A DNA stretch of 64,000 nt from Ophelia neglecta (taxonomy: Eukaryota), in assembly GCA_965285935.1 (NCBI GenBank), contig OZ260666.1, forward strand, positions 37,076,001-37,140,000, in the 5' to 3' direction. This document shows positions 48,857-61,400 of the stretch, piece by piece. Position 1 is the stretch's first letter. The number at the start of each line of letters is the position of its first letter. A model generated the notes under the pieces. It had not been told where the DNA came from. It made no database searches and was given only the letters and a program-made list of their open reading frames with translations. A program made the translations under genes and the position numbers.

Positions 48857-51517
48857 TTCCAGAAAGGCAGGTCACAGAAATGGCGATACCTATTGAGGAT
48901 CAGCCGGAAGGTGTATTTAGGGAAGTGACATCTGCTTCTTTTGTGACACCAAAAGAACTAACCTATTACCAAACCCAAGAACCAGAAAAGTTCACACAAA
49001 CGCTTTCCATTGAAACTACTGAGTCAGAGACACCAAAACCTGAAGAAATTGCAGTTCACATAGCTCAAGCAGGCATTGTAAAACAGCCAATCACTAAAGA
49101 AACTACTTCAACTGAAACACGTATTGCATCTCAAACAATTACAATACAGCCACAGCAACCTGATATTACAAGGGATGTCATAACAAAGGTAACAAAAAGT
49201 GACATTGAGATGACCCAACAAGGGGTACAAATGGACGAGGAAACTCATATGGAAATTGTAATGGAAGGAATCGATATCCAACCGACAGAGGCAATAATCC
49301 ACGAGGAAATTATTATGGACAGACCCAAAGCGGGTACTATGCCAGTAGAGAAGCGTATCAAACCTGATCAAGGGACTGAAATATTTACTAGTGAAACTGT
49401 GAGCGAGTATTTGGATGATCAAGCCAAAGAAATAGTCACCTCACAGGAAGTTGTACGTGAAGTAGTAACTGCTGGTGTAACACTTCCAGATCAACCAAGA
49501 ATCCGACCGGAACAAGGAGACATACCAATGGAATCTGTCACAGAAGGCATTATCTTCCAACCTGCAGATTTCCTCAGCCCACAAGAAGTTGTCCTAGAAA
49601 TATCCAAGGCAGGCATATTACCACAGACGGAAACACAAGTTGTTCCGCAAGAGACCTGTCCTGAGACTACTGTTGAAGGTATTCAGCCAGCTGAGCAGCT
49701 TTCAACCAAACGAGATGAGATACCCAAAGAGGTTTCTCATGCCCAGGTTGAAATACCTGAAGAGACTAGGGTTAAGGAACAACTAGGACAGGTTTTATTG
49801 GAACTTACAGCTGAAGGCGTATTGATTGAAGAACAAGTAAGACCCCAAGAAAAAGAGGTCATTGTGGAAATCGCCAAAGCAGGTAAAGATATGCCAAAGG
49901 AAAGTCACGTTCTTGAACAAGTTGCTGATCTTAAACAAGAGTCTTTTACTGAGGGAATCAAGGTGGTGCCTGGCACTGCAAGCGAAGAGACCACCGAAGT
50001 AATCCACCTGGCTACTGTGGTCCCTTCAGGAAAGCAGGTATCCCAGACCCAACCAATACAAGAGAGAGTAAGCCCAGAGAAAGTTGATGGTGTGGTCGAC
50101 CTTCCTCATGAGGATACAACGAATATCATAGAAATTGAATCAGAGATTTTGAGAGCTCAGAAAGAGAAACCCAAAGAAACATTAACCCTTGAGCAAAGTG
50201 CGGTGGAGAAGCCAGAAGATATATCTCCGTGCCAGGAAATTTCTGAAGCGATGGCAGGAACTACCGACGTATCAAGCGATGCTGCAGAGGTCGTAAAACA
50301 TCAGCCCACTGAAACACATACCGAGGAACAACTTGACAGAATTTCTCCAGATAAACTAGCTGAGTTCCCGACTGCACCAGACTCGGACCAAGTACAATCA
50401 GAAGAAACCACAATTACCACTGAAAAAGCCACCATACAAACAAAGGAAGAGTACCTTACTACTGAACAAGAGGCCAGAGTGTCGCCGGAAAAAACTAAAG
50501 AGGACTCTCATGTGATTGTGGATGAATTTATCACTCCTGAAGAAATTATCGAAGACACACTTAAAGCTGACAAAGAAAAACAGCCTGAGACTATGACATC
50601 AGAACAGCTGTCTTTGCTCGAGATTGAAACCACTGCAGAATATGCTGATATCCCAAAAATGGACACTGCCCCTGAAGAGATAGTCATTGAGATTGCCAAG
50701 GCCGATATTAAAAGCCCGGAAGCAAGCAATGTTTCAGAGCAACAGCACGAATTAGCAGTAGAGAAAATTGATAATGTGCCAGATATTCCTGATGAAACAC
50801 TCTCAGGAGAAGAAGAAATACACCAGGAATTGATTTCTGTTGAGATCAACAAACCCAAACCCACCAATGTGGAAACTCAACGCGCAGAACTGGTCCAAGA
50901 AATGATCACAAATGTTATCGAGATACCTACAGTTGATAAAAGCAAAACATCTCGGCAGGAGGTATCGATGGAGAAGGTTGGTCCTGGAAAACGCCGGCCT
51001 TCAATTGTGGGTATACAAACTGTTCGAACACAAGATGAAGAAGTGGCTGGCGAGATTGTTTTGATTAAAGAAGTGCTAGCGCATCCTAGTAATGTGGAAG
51101 GTATAGAATCTGGAAGCATGGTAATTGAAAAGCCTCTTGAAACAGGTGAAATCTTTAGATCAGGTCTTGAAATCATTCAGAAAGTCGAGAGTGGAAGAAC
51201 TGAAAAAACGGAAACACAAATGGAAGTGATAGATTCACAAGTAGTGGAAACTCGTCAGGATATGAGTCACGTCACTATGGAAATACAAAAAGACACCACA
51301 GTTGAAGAAAAACACAAACATGAGATACAACTTGAAGTAGCTCAGACACACATAGAAAGCATTAAATATGACTTTCCAATAGAAGCTTTAGACCAGGAAA
51401 AGGAGGGAACCACAATGCAGCTACATCCGTCTAAAACAACCGACACAGATATATCACCAAAGACAACAGAAAAGGTAGTCCAGCTGGCTAAGAGAGTCCA
51501 GCCCCAAGATATAACAG
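48857..51517 (+). CDS. Exon with degenerate ~46-aa E/V/I/T/P repeats, phase 1-1, 2661 nt
   Basis: ORF 48631..51723; atttcag / G|GTATTA. Confidence 0.87.
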
Positions 51518-52465
51518 GTATTAATGAAACACTAGGATGTCTGAGGCATGTTTGCACGACTATCAGTTCATATGAAGCAGATTTTTATTTCATGTATTCT
51601 TATTTTACATTTGTATCAGAACATATATTTTCGTTATATTTATTTTCCTTTTTAATCATTTATTCATTTGTTTCAGGTGGAACTTGGCTGAATGCTTTTA
51701 TTTTTCAATTTATGACATTGTAGATGTTCAATGTTTCTGAATGGCTATATTATTTATTTATTTATACATTTTCAGTTTTAAGTTCACATGCGGGTACATT
51801 TGGTTTGCTCAAGGTTGCACCTTAGACATTTATCAAATTTTGTTCTTTTTTGGACAATTATACCTAAGCCTTAATTATATTCAAATGCTTTATGATTCTA
51901 AATAAGCTTTGGCGTTTCTTTCGAAATAGGTGCAATCTTTGGAACCATTGATATTCTTTGCATATTTTAAATTTCAGCTTTTATTTCTACTATGAATCAT
52001 ATTATTTCATTATTACATTATTTCCTTTTCTGAATTCCTGTTTTTCTTACAATGGCAGCTTCCAGTGATTATTTCTACGTTTACTTTTGTACGTTTCTTT
52101 TTTGTCTTGATTGTTACAATTTACTCTAATGTGAGTTCCTTGATATATTTTGGTTAGTTCTATATACTTTTACATATATGATGAAGTGTGTGTTTTTACT
52201 GTATCCTATTTCTTTTTTTTATTGCCCAGGTTTCAGAGACTAAGAATATTTTTGTTCTTGTTTCTTCTTTTTGTAAAAATGTTCTAAATCTTCTTATAAT
52301 TCTCAATAATTAATATTACTTTTTGCACACTCCCTTCAGTGTAGCACACAATGTACAAACTATCTTTTCCAAATATCTATCACAATGTGATAATAATTTG
52401 AAACATATCATTAATGCCGTATCAGTGTTCCTATTGTTTTATAATAGAATCGTTTCCTATTTCAG

Positions 52466-55400
52466 ATGGCCAGTACGAAACTACTAAAAATGTGGTTACA
52501 ACTGTCGCTGAAACAGTTGTTCGACCGAGGGAGGTCAGAATGGAAGTGTCTACTGCCATTGTTGGACAGCGTAGAGCTTCAAGGGTCAGCCTGCATGAAG
52601 AACAGGTTCGTCCTGAAGTTATCACATCAGGAATCGGTCCACTGGAGGTTAAAACAGACATTGCAAGGATGGAGGACTTTGAAGGAGAAGAAGTAGGGGT
52701 AGCTGATGTCAGAGATCGAAGTGGGTTCCTAGTCTTGGAACAAGCGACCACTGCACAACTTGAGACAATAACTGGTGAGCTTCTGATGGCGTCTGTTGAG
52801 AAGGCCTCAAAAGAAGATATCCCAGCCTCCATGGTTTCTGCTACCAAGGAGGTGCCAAAGCCCCAACGAGTACAGATGCAACGGGCTGAATTGCAGATTG
52901 ACAGTTGTGTTGAAGGCATTGATACCGCCCCGTCTGAGATAGTATCCCCAGAAGATGTTGCATTTGATGCTGAGAAAGCATCTGTTAAAGCTCCGAAACC
53001 AACGCGAGCCCATATTCAAGTAGAAAAGGTTATGCCCGACACCTTTGCCGAGGGTGTTGACAAAGCTAAGGAAGAAATGCTTGTACCTGAAGATATACAC
53101 TTCCGAGCTGAGCAAGCTGCTGTAAAGATCCCAAAGCAACCAACAAGAACTGTTGTCCAAGCCACCGAATTGAAACCGGAACAACTCCAAGAGGGCATAC
53201 AAGTGCCAACCGAACTGATGGCAACAGAATCAGTGGAAATGGTTGACAAAGCGACTGCTGAAAAAACAGCAAAATTGCCTTCCCAGATAAAAGAGCAAGC
53301 AACTGCCTTAAACCTAGAAACTGTCCATGGCAAACTCATTTCAAAGGAAGGAGAAAATATCCAACCTATTGAAATAACTGTTGACATTGGTACTGCTGAA
53401 GTAACAAGTCGAAAGGAAACACAAGTTACTGCTCAAGCAGAAAGAGAACCTAGTCCAGAAGAAGTTAGACAGGAACCTTTAGCTCCAAGTGGCGAATCCG
53501 TCACCCCTGCTGATATTGGAGAAGTTGAAATGGGTTCAGCAGATCTACAGCTCCCTCAACCCGCCCAAGTAGGAATACAGCAAGCAGAGGTACAACCAGA
53601 ATCCATTCAAGATGAGCTTGTTATTCAGACGGGAGAATCTATTGAGCCTACTGAAATTACAGTGGATGTTGGCAAAGCTCAAATCAAAGGTAAAAAGCCA
53701 ACAAGAGTCACAACACAAACTGAAGGACAGCTGCCAACCGAGAAATTGTCCGAAAGACTTGAGACGCAGAAAAGTGAGAATATTCTACCAGTTATCACAC
53801 CAGTGACCGATATGGAAAAGGTGCAGATTGCTGCCAGAGAAACCGTTCTCACAATGCTTCAGCAAGGGAAATTTCTTCCAGAAGAGTTAACAGAGGGTAT
53901 ACTACAACAAACTGGAGTGTCAATTAGTCCCCAGGAAATAGGACAGTTCTTGTTAGAGACAGCTAGTATTCAAGCCCGACATGAAGTCTTAATTGCACTG
54001 CAATCGGGACAACACTCGCCTGAAATGGTGGCTGAAGGTCTCATGTCACCTCAACCCGGGCAGGTCATTGAGCCAGAGGAAATTGTGCAGGCAATTATGA
54101 AGGCCACTATGCATGCCCAGCAACAAGTACAAGTAGCTCTTCAGCAAGGTCAAATGGTGCAAGAGCAAATATATGAAGGGATACAACCGGAGACAGGCCA
54201 CATTGTTGAGCCAACTGAGATACAATATCAGATTCAACAGGCGCAGGTTACTGGTAAAAAGACCACTCAAGTGAAGATTCAGCAGTCGCAGATTACACCA
54301 GAAGTTTTCTCTGAAGGGATAGAGATTCAAACGGGTAAAAAGGTGGAGCCAACCGAAATCACTGTCCAAATTGGCCAGGCTGAGGTAACACAGCAAGCAC
54401 CTTCCCAGGTGGTTCCACAGGCCACAGAGTCGAAACCTGAAACTGTGATTCATGAAGTTATTAAGCAAGTTGGTGAGACAATAACCCCATCGGAGACAAT
54501 GCTGACCGAAGTTGTCCACGTAGAAACCAAAAAACCCACAGAGACCCAAGTGGTAATCCAAAAGACTGAAATACAGCCAGAGACATTTTCTGAAGGGTTG
54601 GAAATACAACTTGGCCAAACTCTCCTTCCCAAGGAAATTCAGCTACAGATTGGACAAGCTGAAGTTCAAATGCAGAAGGAAACGAAAGTTGCACTGCAAA
54701 CCACAGAAACAAAACCTGAAACTGTAGCCCATGAGATAATTATTCAGCCAGGACAAACATTAACTCCAATGATCACTCCTGTCACTGAGCTGGAGAAAGC
54801 ACAAATCACAGCTAGAGAAACTGCACTGGCATTGATTCACCAGGGTAAATTCCTCCCAGAAGAGATAACAGAAGGAATTTTGCAACAGACTGGAATCTCA
54901 GTGAAACCGCAAGAAATAGGTCATTTCTTGATGGAGACCGCCAGTATTCAAGCTCGACATGAGGTATATGTCGCCTTAGTGTCTGGCCAGCGCACCCCAG
55001 AGATGGTCTCAGAGGGAATCCTTTCCCCAAAACTTGGCAAACCTATCCAGCCGAAAGAAATTGTTGAAGCGATCATGAAAGCGACAATATTAGCCAAGGA
55101 GCAGGTGCAAGTTGCCCTGCAGCAAGGACATTTGGTACAGGAACAGGTCACCGAAGGAATTCAAATGGCACCCAGCTACACTGTTCAGCCCAGTGAAATA
55201 GAATTGCAGATCCAAAAGGCACATGTCTCTGGGAAGGTCTCAACTGAAGTCATCCCTCAACTAGCTGAAATGAGATCTGAACTTCTAACAGAAGGCATTC
55301 ACATACAGGAAGGCCAGTCAATAGAGCCAGCTGAAATCACCGTTCAGATTGGCCAAGCAGATGTAACTTCACCTCAGCAAACCCAAGTGGCAGAGCAGAA

Positions 55401-58400
55401 GACTAGAATGATCCATGAAATTGTTACTGAGGAAGTGGTCATCCAAGCAGGAGAAAGCATCAAATCTCAAGAGATCACAATGCAGGTTGTAGAAGCTGAT
55501 GTCACCACACCTCAGGAGGCCCAGGTAGCAGAACAGAAGGAAAGGATCAGCCCTGAGACCGTCATGGAGGAGGTAGTAATACAGACTGGGGAGACTATTG
55601 AACCTCACGAAATTGAGTTCCAGGTATCAGAGGCCCAGGTAGAGGAGAAAATGACCACCCAAGTCATCACACAACAGGTGGAGCCAAGAAGGGAATCAGT
55701 CACTCAAGAAATTTTCCTTCAGATAGGTGAGACAGTTAAACCAGAAGAAACCATTACGGAAATTTCTCAGGCTTCATTTGATGTTAAACCCGAGACACAG
55801 ATTTTAGAACAGGTAACTGAAGTCGCGCCTGAAACTGTGACCCAGGAACTAGTCATCCAGACAGGAGAATCTATTAAACCTGAGGAGATCCAGTTTGATA
55901 TTTCCCAAGCTTCACTTGAAATGAAGCCAGAAACCCAGATCTCAGAACAGATAACAGAACTGAAACCAGAAACTGTTTCGCAAGAATTAGTTATCCAAGT
56001 GGGAGAAACAGTTAAGCCTAAAGAAATCCAGTTTGAGGTTGCTGAGGCTGGCATTGAGCTTAAGCCTGAAACCCAAACTGCCATCCAAGAGGCAGAAATG
56101 CAACCAGAAACTGTAACTGAAGAGGTGATCATCCAAACTGGCGAAAGCGTCCAACCTCAAGAGATCACAATGCAGGTTGTAGAAGCTGATGTCACCACAC
56201 CTCAGGAGGCCCAGGTAGCAGAACAGAAGGAAAGGATCAGTCCTGAGACCGTCACGGAGCAGGTAGTAATACAGACTGGGGAGACTATTGAACCTCACGA
56301 AATTGAGTTCCAAGTATCAGAGGCCCAGGTAGAGGAGAAAATGACCACCCAAGTCATCACACAACAGGTGGAGCCGAGGAGGGAATCAGTCACTCAAGAA
56401 ATTTTCCTTCAGATAGGTGAGACAGTTAAACCAGAAGAAACCATTACGGAAATTTCTCAGGCTTCATTTGATGTTAAACCCGAGACACAAATTTTAGAAC
56501 AGGTAACTGAAGTCGCGCCTGAAACTGTGACCCAGGAAATAGTCATCCAGACAGGAGAATCTATTAAACCTGAGGAGATCCAGTTTGATATTTCCCAAGC
56601 TTCACTTGAAATGAAGCCAGAAACCCAGATCTCAGAACAGATAACAGAACTGAAACCAGAAACTGTTTCGCAAGAATTAGTTATCCAAGTGGGAGAAACA
56701 GTTAAGCCTAAAGAAATCCAGTTTGAGGTTGCTGAGGCTGGCATTGAGCTTAAGCCTGAAACCCAAACTACCATCCAAGAGGCAGAAATGCAACCAGAAA
56801 CTGTAACTGAAGAGGTGATCATCCAAACTGGCGAAAGCGTCCAACCTCAAGAGATCACAATGCAGGTTGTAGAAGCTGATGTCACCACACCTCAGGAGGC
56901 CCAAGTAGAAGAACAGAAGGAAAGGATCAGTCCTGAGACCGTCACGGAGGAGGTTGTAATACAGACTGGGGAGACTATTGAACCTCACGAAATTGAGTTC
57001 CAGGTATCAGAGGCCCAGGTAGAGGAGAAAATGACCACCCAAGTCATCACACAACAGGTGGAGCCGAGGAGGGAATCAGTCACTCAAGAAATTTTCCTTC
57101 AGATAGGTGAGACAGTTAAACCAGAAGAAACAATTACGGAAATTTCTCAGGCTTCATTTGATGTTAAACCCGAGACACAAATTTTAGAACAGGTAACTGA
57201 AGTCGCGCCTGAAACTGTGACCCAGGAAATAGTCATCCAGACAGGAGAATCTATTAAACCTGAGGAGATCCAGTTTGATATTTCCCAAGCTTCACTTGAA
57301 ATGAAGCCAGAAACCCAGATCTCACAACAGATAACAGAACTGAAACCAGAAACTGTTTCGCAAGAATTAGTTATCCAAGTGGGAGAAACAGTTAAGCCTG
57401 AAGAAATCCAGTTTGAGGTTGCTGAGGCTGGCATTGAGCTTAAGCCTGAAACCCAAACTACCATCCAAGAGGCAGAAATGCAACCAGAAACTGTAACTGA
57501 AGAGGTGATCATCCAAACTGGCGAAAGCGTCCAACCTCAAGAGATCACAATGCAGGTTGTAGAAGCTGATGTCACCACACCTCAGGAGGCCCAAGTAGAA
57601 GAACAGAAGGAAAGGATCAGTCCTGAGACCGTCACGGAGGAGGTAGTAATACAGACTGGGGAGACTATTGAACCTCAAGAAATTGAGTTCCAGGTATCAG
57701 AGGCCCAGGTAGAGGAGAAAATGACCACCCAAGTCATCACACAACAGGTGGAGCCGAGAAGGGAATCAATCACTCAAGAAATTGTGCTTCAAACAGGTGA
57801 GAAGGTAGAACCAGAGGAAACAGTTTTTGAAATATCTACGGCTTCAATTGACGTTAAACCTGAGACTCAAATTTTAGAACAGGTAACTGAAGTCGCGCCT
57901 GAAACTGTGACGCAGGAAATAGTCATCCAGACAGGAGAATCTATTAAACCTGAGGAGATCCAGTTTGATATTTCCCAAGCTTCAGTAGAAATAAAAACAG
58001 AAACTCAGATCTCTGAACAGATAACTGAACTGAAACCAGAAACTGTTTCGCAAGAATTAGTTATCCAAGTGGGAGAAACAGTTAAGCCTGAAGAAATCCA
58101 GTTTGAGGTTGCTGAGGCTGGCATTGAGCTTAAGCCTGAAACCCAAACTACCATCCAAGAGGCAGAAATGCAACCAGAAACTGTAACTGAAGAGGTGATC
58201 ATCCAAACTGGCGAAAGCGTCCAACCTCAAGAGATCACAAAGCAGGTTGTAGAAGCTGATGTCACCACACCTCAGGAGGCCCAGGTAGCAGAACAGAAGG
58301 AAAGGATCAGTCCTGAGACCGTCACGGAGGAGGTTGTAATACAGACTGGGGAGACTATTGAACCTCAAGAAATTGAGTTCCAGGTATCAGAGGCCCAGGT

Positions 58401-61400
58401 AGAGGAGAAAATGACCACGCAAGTCATCACACAACAGGTGGAGCCGAGGAGGGAATCAGTCACTCAAGAAATTTTCCTTCAGATAGGTGAGACAGTTAAA
58501 CCAGAAGAAACAATTACAGAAATTGCTCAGGCTTCATTTGATGTTAAGCCCGAGACTCAAATTTTAGAACAGGTAACTGAAGTCACGCCTGAAACTGTGA
58601 CCCAGGAAATAGTCATCCAGACAGGAGAATCTATTAAACCTGAGGAAATCCAGTTAGATATTTCCCAAGCTTCACTTGAAATGAAGCCAGAAACCCAGAT
58701 CTCAGAACAGATAGCAGAACTAAAACCTGAAACAGTTTCCCAAGAACTGATAATCCAAGTGGGAGAAACAGTTAAGCCTGAAGAAATCCAGTTTGAGGTT
58801 GCTGAGGCTGGCATTGAGCTTAAGCCTGAAACCCAAACTACCATCCAAGAGGCAGAAATGCAACCAGAAACTGTAACTGAAGAGGTGATCATCCAAACTG
58901 GCGAAAGCGTCCAACCTCAAGAGATCACAATGCAGGTTGTAGAAGCTGATGTCACCACACCTCAGGAGGCCCAGGTAGCAGAACAGAAGGAAAGGATCAG
59001 CCCTGAGACCGTCACGGAGGAGGTTGTGATCCCGTCTGGGGAGACTATTGAACCTCAAGAAATTGAGTTCCAGGTATCAGAGGCCCAGGTAGAGGAGAAA
59101 ATGACCACCGAAGTCATCACACAACAGGTGGAGCCGAGAAGGGAATCAGTCACTCAAGAAATTGTGCTTCAAACAGGTGAGAAGGTAGAACCAGAGGAAA
59201 CAGTTTTTGAAATATCTACGGCTTCAATTGACGTTAAACCCGAGACTCAAATTTTAGAACAGGTAACTGAAGTCGCGCCTGAAACTGTGACCCAGGAAAT
59301 AGTCATCCAGACAGGAGAATCTATTAAACCTGAGGAAATCCAGTTAGATATTTCCCAAGCTTCACTTGAAATGAAGCCAGAAACCCAGATCTCAGAACAG
59401 ATAGCAGAACTAAAACCTGAAACAGTTTCCCAAGAACTGGTAATCCAAGTGGGAGAAACAGTTAAGCCTGAAGAAATCCAGTTTGAGGTTGCTGAGGCTG
59501 GCATTGAGCTTAAGCCTGAAACCCAAACTACCATCCAAGAGGCAGAAATGCAACCAGAAACTGTAACTGAAGAGGTGATCATCCAAACTGGCGAAAGCGT
59601 CCAACCTCAAGAGATCACAATGCAGGTTGTAGAAGCTGATGTCACCACACCTCAGGAGGCCCAGGTAGCAGAACAGAAGGAAAGGATCAGTCCTGAGACC
59701 GTCACGGAGGAGGTTGTAATACAGACTGGGGAGACTATTGAACCTCAAGAAATTGAGTTCCAGGTATCAGAGGCCCAGGTAGAGGAGAAAATGACCACGC
59801 AAGTCATCACACAACAGGTGGAGCCGAGGAGGGAATCAGTCACTCAAGAAATTTTCCTTCAGATAGGTGAGACAGTTAAACCAGAAGAAACAATTACAGA
59901 AATTGCTCAGGCTTCATTTGATGTTAAGCCCGAGACTCAAATTTTAGAACAGGTAACTGAAGTCGCGCCTGAAACTGTGACCCAGGAAATAGTCATCCAG
60001 ACAGGAGAATCTATTAAACCTGAGGAAATCCAGTTAGATATTTCCCAAGCTTCACTTGAAATGAAGCCAGAAACCCAGATCTCAGAACAGATAGCAGAAC
60101 TAAAACCTGAAACAGTTTCTCAAGAACTGGAAATCCAAGTGGGAGAAACAGTTAAGCCTGAAGAAATCCAGTTTAAAATTGCTGAGGCTGGCATTGAGCT
60201 TAAGCCTGAAACCCAAACTACCATCCAAGAGGCAGAAATGCAACCAGAAACTGTAACTGAAGAGGTGATCATCCAAACTGGCGAAAGCGTCCAACCTCAA
60301 GAGATCACAATGCAGGTTGTAGAAGCTGATGTCACCACACCTCAGGAGGCCCAGGTAGCAGAACAGAAGGAAAGGATCAGCCCTGAGACCGTCACGGAGG
60401 AGGTTGTGATCCCGTCTGGGGAGACTATTGAACCTCAAGAAATTGAGTTCCAGGTATCAGAGGCCCAGGTAGAGGGGAAAATGACCACCGAAGTCATCAC
60501 ACAACAGGTGGAGCCGAGAAGGGAATCAGTCACTCAAGAAATTGTGCTTCAAACAGGTGAGAAGGTAGAACCAGAGGAAACAGTTTTTGAAATATCTACG
60601 GCTTCAATTGACGTTAAACCCGAGACTCAAATTTTAGAACAGGTAACTGAAGTCGCGCCTGAAACTGTGACGCAGGAAATAGTCATCCAGACAGATGAAT
60701 CTATTAAACCTGAGGAGATCCAGTTTGATATTTCCCAAGCTTCAGTTGAATTAAAACCAGAAACTCAGATCTCTGAACAGATAACAGAACTAAAACCAGA
60801 AACTGTTTCACAAGAATTAGTTATCCAAGTGGGAGAAACAGTTAAGCCTGAAGAAATCCAGTTTGAGGTTGCTGAGGCTGGCATTGAGCTTAAGCCTGAA
60901 ACCCAAACTACCATCCAAGAGGCAGAAATGCAACCAGAAACTGTAACTGAAGAAGTGATCATCCAAACTGGCGAAAGCGTCCAACCTCAAGAGATCACAA
61001 TGCAGGTTGTAGAAGCTGATGTCACCACACCTCAGGAGGCCCAGGTAGCAGAACAGAAGGAAAGGATCAGTCCTGAGACCGTCACGGAGGAGGTTGTAAT
61101 ACAGACTGGGGAGACTATTGAACCTCAAGAAATTGAGTTCCAGGTATCAGAGGCCCAGGTAGAGGAGAAAATGACCACGCAAGTCATCACACAACAGGTG
61201 GAGCCGAGGAGGGAATCAGTCACTCAAGAAATTTTCCTTCAGATAGGTGAGACAGTTAAACCAAAAGAAACAATTACAGAAATTGCTCAGGCTTCATTTC
61301 ATGTAAAGCCCGAGACTCAAATTTTAGAACAGGTAACTGAAGTCGCGCCTGAAACTGTGACCCAAGAAATAGTTATTGAGACAGGAGAATCTATCAAACC

